Assembly (NCBI RefSeq): GCF_032191835.1
Contig: NC_083235.1
Coordinates: 46,376,001-46,440,000, forward strand
DNA: 64,000 bases
Origin: Heteronotia binoei
Taxonomy: Eukaryota
Reading direction: 5' to 3'
Shown: positions 25,876 to 37,865 of the stretch, one piece after another
Layout: each line of letters opens with the position of its first letter
Position numbering within the stretch: the stretch's first letter is position 1
Program-made: the position numbers and the translations under genes
Notes under the pieces: model-generated
Databases searched by the model: none
Told to the model about the DNA's origin: nothing
What the model saw: the letters and a program-made list of their open reading frames with translations, nothing else

Positions 25876-27801
25876 CTATGGCAGAATGAAGGCAGTCTGC
25901 TAGGCAGATGGCAAAAGCCTCTTTACCACAAAAAACAATACAAACAACCCCATTTCCACTCTGGAACATAGTGGTTTCAGTTGACTTAATGACTAATAAA
26001 GGTTTGTCCATGAAAAGCATGATGTCTTCCCCTTCCCCCAACACAGGAGGACTGTGACTGAAGTCTTCTCGATCCAGGAAACCTTGAATCAGATTTCATT
26101 TTGCTGTGACTTTCCAATACAGACACCTATGAAAATTAAGTCTGTTTCCTCCCCACAAACCAAAATTCCAAACCTTGGTTTAATCCCCTTCCTACCTTGA
26201 GAGGTAAGTTAGGCTGACAGAGAATGATTGGCTAAGATCACCCAGTCAACTTAAGAGAAGACTGGGAATTTGAATCAAGTTCTCTTTTGCCCTAGTTGAA
26301 CATTCTAACTCATAGGTCCCAAAACTTGTCAAGTTTCTGAAGCGCTTTAGAAGCTTTGCAAACATGTAGTGGGATCCCACCACAAAATTGCTGCCAGGAG
26401 GAGTATGGCCAGTCACAAGATAGCTGCCCTAGCACTTGTTGTGAAGCTCCAAGCCAAGTGTCTTCTGTCACTTCCAAATGGGTGCTCCCTACAGATACAA
26501 AGGTGGTACCACTTGGGTTCTTCTGAAGCAACTCAAGCCCAATTGAGGTGGAGGAAAACAAGACTGGTTGTTTGTTTGGGGAGGGAAAAAAGTGGGTGCC
26601 ACAAAACATATTAGCAGATACCATGATGCCTGCGGGTGCCACATTGGAGGTAACTGTTCTAATCACTGTTTTAACTGCGGCACTCAAAAAGAGATGTGCA
26701 TCCCATCAAAGAACGTGGCTGAGAACTCCCACATCAAGGTTTGTTTAGAATAGCCAGAGGAAGAATCATAACTGTTTTAATCATGGGCCCAGTGCTCTAG
26801 AATGAATTGCCTATGTAGGTGTGTAAACACACCACTTAGTTAGCTTTATAACACCACTGAAAAGCCCATCTGTTTTAAGCAGCTGGAAATGGTTTTTGTT
26901 GCTTTAATTAGTGACACTGGACACTGTGTTTCTAGATTTTTAACTGAGTGCTGAATTTTGTTCTAAGGCTCTTATATACCATCTGTTTTATGGTTTGACT
27001 TTATACTTTCAACTGTTAAGTTGACTCAGGGTTTTTTTTGCAGTAAGGCTATTAGGGTATATGAAAATAAACAAATTAGCTGATGGAGGTCTCTCACAGA
27101 ATGCTGAGCATGCCATTGCCTCCTTTTGAAAGGGAAATTCCTTCTTGACTAAATAGCCTCAGTCCATTTGGGAAACTTTTACAGAGCTAGAGAAGGAAAG
27201 AAGGAATAAGACCCAGAAAGATTCTAGTGTCTCCATTCCTTTTTAACAAAAGTTTAACATTCAAGCATGAGACTGTTTCTACAGATGTCATTCATACATC
27301 AGTGTTCGAAATATTTCCTCATCTCCAGTTCTAGAAAGGAGAATGACCTCATTGCCCTCCTAGTGTTTTCATCAGTTGCCACTGCTATTAAGGAAGGGCC
27401 AGGGGCTGCTTACTCTTCAGCTGTCTGAATAAGGAGACACCTGCTCCCAAGGGATGCAAACACCTGCTGCTACCTGGCCCTAGCTGCTACATACCCCTCC
27501 AAACTGGTACACTATTTCTTCTGTGGCTGTTCTTAAGCCATTAAAGAGAAACAGTTTGAGCTTCAGCAACGCTAACATCTAAGGAGAAGAAAGAGGACAT
27601 TTTACATTTCCTATACATCCATCTGTCAACACTGCCTTTGTTTCTTTTTGTTATTGTCTTTATTGTACATGCGACAGTTCCCTTTTATTGGGAGCTACTG
27701 TGTACACTTAGCATCAAGCAGAAAAGTAGCATGTAAGTACTTTCTAAATGAATAAACAGAAAAAGATTCTACTGATCTAGAACAAGCAAAAACCCAGTTA
27801 C

Positions 27802-27917
27802 CTCAACAACTGACTGGCTTCCATCTGGATTGATGCGGAAGGAACCCATCTGAATTGTTTTCTTGGGGTCTACCTGAGAAATTTCCCATTCCAGTTCATC
27901 TACCAGGGCCCGACATG
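27802..27917 (-). CDS. CNPY2: CNPY2 coding exon 2 (ACRALVDELEWEISQVDPKKTIQMGSFRINPDGSQSVVE)
   Basis: 116-nt exon with AG/GT boundaries; near-identical to recalled mammalian CNPY2. Confidence 0.96.
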
Positions 27918-30079
27918 CTAAAAGGAGAGAAAACTTAAATCTAGATAGCAACAACTAAAGAAGAGATTATTCATGCAAGGACATCATTTGAAAAGGCAAA
28001 TTCAGAATCTAGTCTTAAACATAAAAATGAGATGATTCTTATTTCCCCACATCACAGGGCTGGATTAAATGACCTTCAGGTACTTTCTGGAGCTGTTCAT
28101 AGGACTATTCAAAACATTCAACAAATTATCCAGACAAATCCGAACAGGATCAAAAAGCTTGGCTGCCCATTGCAATGCTTACCTCAGCTTTCCATTTCAT
28201 TCATTTTCTGTCAATCAAATGCTCATCTATCCCATCAGTGGTTGTTTCCAAAATGCAACTCCCTCCTTCCTACTATCGTATGGACCTACCCTTATGATTT
28301 ACATCCAGTTCCAACATTTTGCCAAAATCTAGCATCTGAATAAATGCAGTATTCAATATGAAACCTATGGCAAACAGGAAGCCTTTCACACATCGGTGAC
28401 TCTAGAAGATTCAGGGGAGTGAAGGTGTGTCAAAGGGGAGTAAAGATCTTGCTATACACATTATCCACCAATGTAAAATACACATTTTAACTCTTGCTAT
28501 AGGACTTTAATATACAGCAATTATTAGCTCGGAAAACAAAAGCAGGAAAAATTTAGGGAAAGGATCCACTACCCCTTGGAGTTATCTTTCATGTCATACC
28601 ATTGTGCATGCCAGTAATTGTGATCTAGTTACAATTAATATTAGGTAGGTAAATTGTGTGCATGTGTGCAGAAGGGGCTTTAAATGAGTAGAAGGAAAGT
28701 GTCAACCTGAAGACTTTGCTTTAAGACTTCCCAGGGCAACAAAAAAAATCTTTCCTCCTATTCTTTCTCACCTCTAGCATAAGGAGGGCCTTCAACTCTG
28801 CTGTTAAAACTACAGGTTCCATTTCTGCTTTGGAAACTAGCAACCCTTCATAAGAGAGAATCTAGTAGCCACAGCTAAGGTGAAGCTACAGTAGTTTCAA
28901 AAAATTGTTTTCTGAAAGAACTGGGCGCTGTAGAAGGACATTAGCAATCCAAACACCTCCCTTCCCAACATGAGTGAAAAATTCTTCTAGATGCAAGCAC
29001 TTCACATGGTGGGGGATAACATTTGTTTAATGCTGACCATACCACTACCCCAATTATGAACAAGGCTTCCATGCTAAGGCCTGGCCACGATCAGGAGTAT
29101 TCATTGTTAGTGCACAGTAGTGCCAAACATTTGAGCTGGCTTGCAAAGTAAAACCAATATAAATGCAGAAATCACATTTTAGCAGTCTCCCCCAGGACAG
29201 GCAACATTGGACCCATCCCTTAATTATTAGGGACTCTTACACAATGGTGAAAGATCAATACGTGATGCTGTTGTAGGAATGCAAATTAGCTGTACATCAG
29301 CTGAAAGGCAGGGAAGAGGCATTTTCACCCCCTCCTTCAGAATAAAGAGAACCAATGCTTTGGCAGAGATATACCCATATTAATCTCCCAGCCACTCACC
29401 CCATGACAGAGCAGAACATACAGATGCAGACCCCTTAAGCATACAGTGGAAAATTCTGATGCAAGATACATAATAAAGGGGCAAATCTTAAGTGCTATGC
29501 TGGGTCCATGCTAGATGGACTGAGAGCTAAAAGTACACATGATGTACAAATTCAACAATTATTTTTTCTTTTAACAAAATGTAGCTCCTGGGACAAGGAT
29601 TTAAAGACAAACTGGCTTAAGAAAAACAGCGCTATTTTTCCTCCTTGTATTATTTCCCACAGAAAAGTGCCACATCCAAGTTGATTTTGCCCTGACTGTG
29701 AGGGGAAAAAATATACAAATTCTGTTTATAAATGGCACATTTCTTATTTGCTATTTAATGCTTCATGAAGATATGCTGTTCTCTTAATTTGCTTGTTGTG
29801 TAAATTCTCACAATCCGATCGGAATAATTGTTTGCTTTTGATTGTAACCCTTCCTATTCTGAATAAAAATAAAAAATAATTAAAAATGTACAAATTCATG
29901 GGAACCTGCATATGTTTTTCTTAGCAGGGGCAAAAGCAACATGGTAATGGCAATTTTGGGTGGAACACAATGAAAAGGAAAGAGTTAAATAGCCCTTTGC
30001 CACACATCCCCATGTCAGTCTCTACTTTTGAAATGCTGCTTATTTATCAAAATTTGTGCCCCTACTTATTCATCAAAAT

Positions 30080-30350
30080 TTGCGACCCACCACTTCCTTG
30101 ACATCTGAGGCTGGGGGTGGGTTACAAGAAAGCAAAATACAATTTGTGTCTTCTGATACAGCATTTGACCAGGATGGAGCCACCACACAGAAGGCCCTGG
30201 TAAAAGAGAGGTGAGCCGCTTGAGAGCCAAAAGATTGCGTGATGAAGAACACGGGCAATGTGGGAGGATCATAGTGGTCCTTCAGGTATGATGGTCCCAG
30301 ACTATTTAGTGCCAGGTACAGCATGCTTGAAACCCAGTTATGTTCCATTT
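30080..30350 (-). mobile_element. L2-clade LINE 3' fragment
   Basis: Minus-strand ALNSLGPSYLKDH...RAFCVVAPSW motif, typical of L2 ORF2 ends. Confidence 0.6.
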
Positions 30351-30649
30351 AAAATGTGATGAATATAACCTACATGTTATGTATAATTCTGTTATCTACA
30401 ATAAGAAAAGTAAGAAACAGAAGATAAATTTCACTGACCAGCTTGCCCACCACTACCAGCCTTTCCATGACATCTAGAATTCACTGTGTCCTTTAGAAAT
30501 GCCTCACACTATGCTTGCTGAAATCAGAAAGTCGGATAATACTAGGAAAAATCAACACATCTGTACTGTGCTGACAGATATTCCTCACTAGAACTAGTAC
30601 CGTGTAATTAATTAAATAATTAGTAAATGGTTTAATTTGCTCCTTTTAC

Positions 30650-30755
30650 CTCCACAATGGAGATCTTGGCTCTTCCTGGTAAGGGCACCCTTTAACAGCA
30701 GTAAGAGGACGATGGACAGGCAAAGCATGCTTGAAACCCAGCCATTCATCTTCAT
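30650..30755 (-). CDS. CNPY2: CNPY2 first coding exon (signal peptide MKMNGWVSSMLCLSIVLLLLLKGALTRKSQDLHCG); whole exon 30650-30777
   Basis: Hydrophobic signal peptide followed by the conserved RKSQDLHCG; GTAAAA donor; CAG acceptor at 30778-30780. The five coding exons sum to 561 nt (186 aa plus stop). Confidence 0.93.
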
Positions 30756-31790
30756 GGATGTGGCCAAGCACAACAGACTGCATGTAAAGGCAGAAGTTAG
30801 CTTCCAGGCAGTTTAGGAATATTATTTATTTATTGTCACTACTGACCCAAATGGTCTCACAGTGATTTAAAATATTAAAACCATATTATAAGGTAAAAAC
30901 CAAATAAAACCAATTAACAAATATAAAATATTAACATTAAAATATTAAATTATTAAAATATGTGGATAGCAGCATACCACAACCCAAATATGCGGATTAC
31001 CCTCCAAAGGCAATTTGGCCTTGCTTGCCCTGCAAAAACTAAACAAATCTGGCAGGGCACAGGTGTTATCTGAGAGTGCATTCCACGGGGGAGGGGCCAC
31101 AACTAAGAGGGCCCTTCCCTAATGACAGCAAACTGAGACATCCTGGGGCCAGGCACTTTTAAGAGGCCCCTAAACGATAACCAAAGGGAGCGATGGGGTT
31201 GTAACAGGAAAGGTGGTCCTGAGGGTATGATAGTCTCAGACCATTAAGGGCTTTAAATGGTAATACCAACACCTTTAATTGGATCTGCAGAGTAATTGGT
31301 AACCAGTGCAACTGCCACAGAATTCGAGTAATATGAGCTGACCATGATGTTCTGGTCAGCAACCTGGCAGCTGCATTCCGGACCTCCTACAGTCTCCTAA
31401 GCATTTTCAAGGGTTGCCCTATGTAGAGCGACCTGCAGTAGTCCAATCTGGAGGTGACTGTTGCATGGATCAATGTGACAAAGTCTGACCCAGACAGCCT
31501 GGTGTAGGCTAAAACATGCCAACTGTGCTACCATGGATACTTGTGTACCTTGAGGCTTTTTACAGAGTCTAAATCTGTCAGTTGGATACCATCAAGTTTT
31601 GGGAGTGACCCTCCAGCTAGCATCTCAGTCTTTCTCAGCTGCATGACCTCCATCTTGGATGGATTCAACTTCAGCTGGCTCCCCTTTAAGCACTACTGCA
31701 TCCAATCAATGGGATAGTGCCATGAGCCCTGCCACTGGCTGCTTATCCAGTGGGAGAAAGAGCTCAGTGCATCAATATATTGATGGCACC

Positions 31791-31920
31791 CAAGGGATTT
31801 TTTGTACAAAAAGCCCAGCAGGAATTCATTTGCATATTGGTTTGCATATTAGGTCACAACCCCTGACACCAAGCCAGTCGGAACTGTATTCCTGTGAGTT
31901 CTTGCTCAAAAAAAGCCCTG
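31791..31920. mobile_element. Octamer-containing hAT MITE inserted in L2
   Basis: TIRs CAAGGGATTTTT / AAAAAGCCCTG; exact 8-bp TSD ATGGCACC; ATTTGCAT at 31828-31835. Confidence 0.8.
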
Positions 31921-32403
31921 ATGGCACCCAACTCCAAATCTCCTGACGATCTTGGCAAGAGGGTGTATATATATGTTAAATAACATCATACAGAGAACCA
32001 AATTCCACAATTCAGGTCTTATTAGAAAGACCCCTCCTCCATGACAGTGTCTCTTGAGGAACAAGGAAAACCAGGCATGGGTCTTTACCCCCAGGGAGAC
32101 AAGGTAGTCAATCAGGACCAAATGGCCAACTATACTGAAGACCACTGATAGATCCAGAAAAATCAACAGTGCCAGTATGCCTTTGTCCAGATGTAAATTG
32201 AGATAGTCAGCCAAAGCAACCAGTGCTGTCTTGGTCCCAAAGCCATGCCTGAAGCCCAATTGAAAAGGGCCCAGGGTAAGTGTCTCATCCAGGAAAATCT
32301 GGAGCTGTTTGGCTACTGCTTGCTCAGTTACCTTCCCCTGAATAGATTAAACACTGGGTGGTAACTGGCAAGCTCCTTTTTATCTAAGGAGGGTTTCTTT
32401 AAA

Positions 32404-32646
32404 AAAGGTAAAGGTAGTCCCCTGTGCAAGTCATTTTCACACACGGCAGCCTTTTTACGGGGTGGTTTGCCATTGCCTTCCCCAGTCATCTACACCTTCC
32501 CCCCAGCAAGCTGGGTACTCATTTTACCAACCTCAGAAGGATGGAAGGCTGAGTCAACCCGGAGCCGGCTACCTGAACCAACTTCCGCTGGGACTGAACT
32601 CAGGTCGTAAGCAGAGGGCTCCAACTGCAGTACTGCAGCTTTAGCA
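32404..32646 (-). mobile_element. Sauria SINE
   Basis: (AAAGGT)n is the reverse of the Sauria (ACCTTT)n tail; body matches the copies at 40446 and 51661. Confidence 0.85.
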
Positions 32647-34062
32647 AAGGTCTAATAATTGTCTCCTTAAGGGAGCTGGGGAAACAGCCCTGTGTGAGAG
32701 AAAAAATAATAATCTAACTCAAAGTGCCACTAACCACTTCATGGCATGATTTTACCAGCCGTGAGGGACAAGGATCCAATCAGCAGGTAGTTGGCTTCAC
32801 AGCTGTCAGGATCCTGTCGACATTTGCAAGGGTGAAAAGGTCAAAAGAGTCCAAAAAAGAACCTGATGGTGAAAGCAGAGCCCTCATCCCACTACTGTTA
32901 TCAAGTTCAGCGGCCAACTCCAGGAGGGGCTTTATCTGCAAAAATGTTTGCAAATGAATCACAGCTGAGGACCAAATCAGTATCAGGACACACCAAAGGG
33001 TGGTCAACTGTTGAACCAATATGAATAACTGAGCTGGTTGGGAACTAGCAGGTAAATTGGAGGCAGTAAAATAATCTTTTTTTCTTGCTTTCTCTGCCAC
33101 CTCAAAGGCTTTCAATTAGTCTCTACAGTGTTTTCTCATGACTTCAATCCAAGTTCATTGCTAATTCTTAGCTGCTCCCTCAGATCCCAAAACAACTTGC
33201 TGCTGTTGCAAAGACTCTCATTCTAGTCTCCAACAAGAGCCATATACAAGCTGCCTGATGCTCAGGTCCCACCAAAGTTCCATAGCACATCCTACTGTGC
33301 CAACCAGCATTCCCAAAAGCTAGCATTTGTCCTCTGAGCTCAGGGTTTAAAACACAAAGTGTCCTTTGTGTGTGGAAGGCCAGTTACTACTGGTTTCCAG
33401 ATGCTCAACCATATCATACAACTTTAGCTAAAAAGAAAGTTTAAGGTAAACGATTCCAGTTTCTGAAGGAAAACCTATCAAAATGTTTGAAACAACACAA
33501 CAGTATAGATTTTAAACGTCCAACAAAGAGCATGAAAACAGCATTGCGTGCATGAAATTTTTCTTTTTAATCCTGGCAAGGAAACGGTACATATTAAGGG
33601 AATTTATGTTCACCCCCCCTCCCCAAAACCCCCCATACAATGTATATTCCGTTACTTTCCCTGGCTTATTGTTTGATCAAGAGAAACACTCCCCTCCCGT
33701 CATATTTCAAACCACTAATTTTAGTAACATATATCCTATCTCTCCACTGAGCAGCATTTGAAACCTTCCAACAAAAGAACCACTTAAATTGGAAGACTTC
33801 TTGGACTACAGAAGCTTTATCCAGCCTAAGGCAGATAAACTTTATCCAGCCATTTCAATATAGAGAGCTAATAACAGCATTTATAACTGAGTTGAACGTG
33901 GGAATCACTCCACCGATATTCCTAACATCAATTTTTCACAACAACTTGGTAAAGCAGATCAATATTTTGGTGCACATGGAGAGGCAAGTGCTGAGATTAA
34001 ATGGACTAACCCCTGGAGTGCGTGGTAGAAGTGAGATTTGAAACGGAAACTTTATAGCTTAC

Positions 34063-34760
34063 TCTTTCGCAAACACTGCTACGCCGCCAGAAATCCCCTC
34101 TATACAGTAAAACTGCCTCGTTTCCAAACTCGCTTCTTCCCCGTACTCAACTCTCACCACCTCCTCCCACGACAGAACCCAAATTCGCCCGAACCCCAAT
34201 TTAATGTCGGCTGCAGCAGCTCCTCCAGGCTGCCTTCTCAAGGGGTGCCTAACTGCTGCCTGACCGGCAGACTACGCAAACTGGTAATCAGTACCACTTC
34301 CCGACTATCCCAATCCCATTTCCTCAATCTCACTCCGGGAAATCGGCCCAAACTCAACCCACATACCCTTCCTTTCCAAAACCTTCCTTTGAACGACGTC
34401 AAAACCAGTTTCCCCAGGACTCAGGCACTACTGTAGACCACTTATCTCTTTCCAAAGGACCTTCAAAGCCCTCCCTGATCGCGTGGCAAACGGCGCGGCA
34501 AACTGGTGGGAAAGTAGGCGTGGCTAGCCTGAATCTGTTCCGCAAGCGGAAAGGCTGTCGGGAGAGGGTTGGGGTAGGCATACCTTCTCGGCTCTCCGTG
34601 GAGACAAGAAAAAGACTAGAGTGGGAGGCGCCCACTGATTCTGGCATTATCTATTCTAGACGTTTAGGTAGATGTGGGAAGAGCGCAACGCCCTGTGGCT
34701 GCTAGTGGTTGGTTTGTACAGGATCGTCATCGCTCTGTTTTCATCACCTTCGTATGCTGT
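34063..34760 (-). promoter_or_regulatory. CNPY2: CpG island, promoter and probable non-coding exon 1 of CNPY2
   Basis: CpG-rich segment upstream of the ATG exon, which has its own acceptor; candidate donor GTAAGC on the minus strand at 34062-34057. Confidence 0.65.
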
Positions 34761-35079
34761 ATAGCGCTTGTCTAGATCCGTTGCAAGCCTGCCTTGCTTG
34801 CAGCCTCAGATCCGCACCCCATGAATTATAAGAATTATAACTTTGGCCCCTGTCTCACCCTTCACGTACAGAAAAGACTGTATTGCGCTTTTTAAAAATT
34901 AAAACACATAAATCGCATGTCTAGGGTTGCCAGCCTATGTTGGGAAATACCTGGGGATTTTGGAGGTGGAAACTTGGGGAGGGACTTCAGCAGGGTATAA
35001 ATACCACAGAGTTGACCATCCAAAGAAGCCATTTAATCCATGGGAATTGATTTGTGGGGATGTCACTCCTATCTCCCCT

Positions 35080-37865
35080 AATGAATATCTGAGGTTACAC
35101 GCTAAACAAATGTTAAAGATGGCAAAATTCCTCCAAATGGATGTTTTTTCCTCCAGCCCTAAGCCTAAAAATAAGATATTAAGTGCACTTTATTTGGATG
35201 CACCAGTAACAGTCACCTTTTCAATGCTGGGGGGATTCATAGATGGTCTCAGAAAAACCATCCTTGATTCCTGTGATCTCATGGAAAATAGAGAATATGT
35301 ACAAAGTAAAACAGGACAAATGTATGTTCTGTTTAACCACCCTCACCCCTCATGTCTGGTTGTAGAAGTAGTAGTATCAGGAGTGGTTTATAAGTTACTA
35401 ATGATGGCTATTGCTATGCATGTATTTTGATAAATGTAGCTTGCATATACACTATATTGTATAAAAGTGTTATTGTTATTCCGGTGTTTTTTGACTTTAT
35501 TCACTCACATCGGAACCTGTTGATATTTACCATTCTATAGCCTCTGCTGTCACCTTGCACGGCTAAAAAACCACAACTATTCCTCCAGAAACAAGAACCA
35601 AGGTGAAATACTTATCTTTTGAAGGTGATTCTCTCTTCTCATCCAAAACTGACAGCACCTTGGCAGAAATCATACAGAATAAGCAAACAGCCAAATTTTT
35701 GGGTGTCAGCAGTTCCACTTCCTTGCCTTACAAGCAGCACTCTCAACCTTGCTGCCAGTTTCAACCTCAGCACACAATGTACTCTAGGATATACCAGCAT
35801 TTTTACCCTCCATCCATCCTGATCAACCACCACCACAAGGGAAGCATCAGACTACCAGTCCAAGGCAGCATCAGTCTCATCCACAGTTGCCTAAGGGTAA
35901 CAACATTCTTCTGAGTCTCTGTTCTGATGGGCACCTGCCTTCATCTGTGTACATCTTGTTCCATTCATTTAATCCTGGAAGCAAATTACATCTGCTTCCT
36001 GGGTCCTCTCCATCTTTAGCGATAGATACAGGATTGAGTATCGGAAACTGCCTCCTCTGAGCTCCCTGCCCACTTTGTTTAGGTTACATTGTGCTTCTCA
36101 TATGCCCCAAGCGATCTACTTGCAAAGGGAGCAACTGAGCGAGTGACTTCTGTGGACCCTGATTGGGGTTTTTACTCTAGGTCAGGGGTGACCAAACTGC
36201 AGCTCAGGAGCCACATGTGGCTCTTTCACACATTGTGTGGCTCTCAAAGCCCCCACTGCCCCATCAGCCAGCTTAGAGAAGGCATTTCTCTTTAAATCAC
36301 TTCTCCAAGCCAAACCAGCTGGCAGCTTGGAGAATATGTTTAAAGTTGCTTTCTTTCCACCTCTCCCTCCCCCATCTATTTTCCTTCCTTTCTGTCTTGT
36401 GGCTTTCAAACATCTGATGTTCATGTCTTGCAGCTCTCAAACATCGGACTTTTTTCTATGTGCCTCTTACATTAAGCAAGTTTTGCTACCCCTGCTCTAG
36501 GTATTTTCTGATCCATAAGAGGGGTGGTGGTTCCAGATCCATTCTGGACCTTCACTTGTTGGACAAATATGTTCATGTTAAAAAGTTCCATGTCACTATG
36601 TTACAGTTGGAGTTACGGCTTTAAAATAGCATTTCTGGTTTGCAGTGTTGGATTTAAAAGAAGCCTATTTTCATGTTGCCATACACTCAGAGCATAGAAA
36701 GGTATCTTTGTTTTCAGTGTTCTGGCCAATATTTTCAATACAGGGTGCTGCCATTCTGCCTTGCCCCGGCCCCTAGAGTTTTAATGAAGTGTATGGACAT
36801 AGGTACTACCTCTCTGAGTCCCAAAGGATGCACAGTATTCTATCCTGATGATTGGTTCATAATAGCTGACTCACTCCTCTTACTGAAATCTCACCTATTA
36901 CTGGTTGTGTCAACAGTCTTCAAATTGGCTTTAGCAATTAACTGGGATAAATCCAGATTTTCTCCACCCCAACAGACTGAATTTATTGTTCTCAAACCCA
37001 GTCTCCATTTTTTGCCTCTCTCAGGTGATCTCATTGCCTGCCTTTTCTAAAACCTCTCACCAAATGAAGAAGCACTCTACATGTCGGACCTTAAAATGGC
37101 TTTATTGTACTATTTACAATGTACCAAATGTTTTTGCAAGGGACGCTTGCTACTATTTGTCATATTGGCCTTTGTAAGGGCACTGCTTTGTTCTCCCAGT
37201 CGACTTCACGCTGGATTTTTCAAACCATTAAACTGTATTATCTATGTATTGATGTTGCCTGTCCTCTCCATATAAAAGCTCACTCCACCAGGGCTTTCGC
37301 CTCATCAGGAGCCTTCCTCCATGGTGTTTGGATCAGCGACATCTGAAGAGCAGTGATGTGGTCCCTGGCCAACACATTCATCGAGCACTACGCAGTAGAC
37401 ATTGATGACTATCAGTAGTCAGCCATGGGGAAAGCAGTCTTGCATTCTTTGCTTGATGATACTCATTCCACAGTCTTGGCTCTCCCCACTTCCATTGGTA
37501 AGCAGCTTATGTCATCCCAAAAGTGGGACTACACGGAAGACTGAAGATAAAACTAGGTTGTATTTACCTGTAACTCTTGTTCATTGTGTTGTCTTCAGTG
37601 CAGGCAGGAGTTCCCTCCCTCTTGCCCCTCTGTGAGTTCTCTGTTTTTACTGAGTTCCAGTAGTCAGGAGAACCAAGGAAAAATGACTCTCCTCCCTCAT
37701 GCTGCATGTCTGTTTGAGTGGGGAAACTCTGCCTGCAAGGTGGGGAGATCACCCTTTACAGCTCTAAAAAAACTAGAAAGTTCTCTCTTGACTGGTCTGC
37801 ACCTGCACAGATATGGAAGACAATTTGATGAACAACAGCTACAGGTAAGTGCAACCCTGTTTCAT
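35080..37865 (+). mobile_element. Decayed DIRS1-type tyrosine-recombinase retrotransposon (gag, RT, YR remnants and terminal repeat)
   Basis: gag-like LFNHPHPSCLVV and KYLSFEGDSLFSSKTD; RT SWKQITSASWVLSI, GFYSR|YFLIHKRGGG...ILDL, WFAVLDLKEAYFHVAI, FQYRVLPFCLAPAPRV, YPDDW; YR IKAHSTRAFASSGAFLHG...TFIEHYAVD; DIRS-like TTACCTGTAAC (about 37565) and CAGGTAAG (about 37841). Confidence 0.85.
36183..36494. mobile_element. hAT MITE inserted in the DIRS RT
   Basis: TIRs CAGGGGTGACCAAAC / GTTTTGCTACCCCTG; exact TSD CTCTAGGT on both sides; removing it restores the RT frame FYSRYF. Confidence 0.9.

Larger units (their letters stand above)
30825..33130 (-). mobile_element. Fragmented L2-clade LINE in CNPY2 intron 1, interrupted by a MITE and a Sauria SINE
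   Basis: Minus-strand peptides GFRHGFGTKTALVALAD...LIFLDLSVVF, HITRILWQLHWLPI and KDYFTASNLPASSQPAQLF; (TAAA)n tail at about 30825-30835. Confidence 0.8.

Noticed and set aside
28177-28290. Strong minus-strand donor GAG|GTAAGC in CNPY2 intron 2, a possible poison exon
   Set aside because: No convincing acceptor or polypyrimidine tract upstream, and such hexamers occur by chance.
30320-30741. 18-bp identity AGCATGCTTGAAACCCAG between the CNPY2 signal-peptide exon and the intron 400 bp away
   Set aside because: A single short direct repeat with no flanking similarity or interpretable structure.
34927-35430. LEVETWGGTS resembles a bornavirus matrix-protein motif, suggesting an endogenous viral element
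   Set aside because: That segment lies within a TAGGGTTGCCA-type repeat, and the remainder fits DIRS gag in line with the downstream RT and YR.
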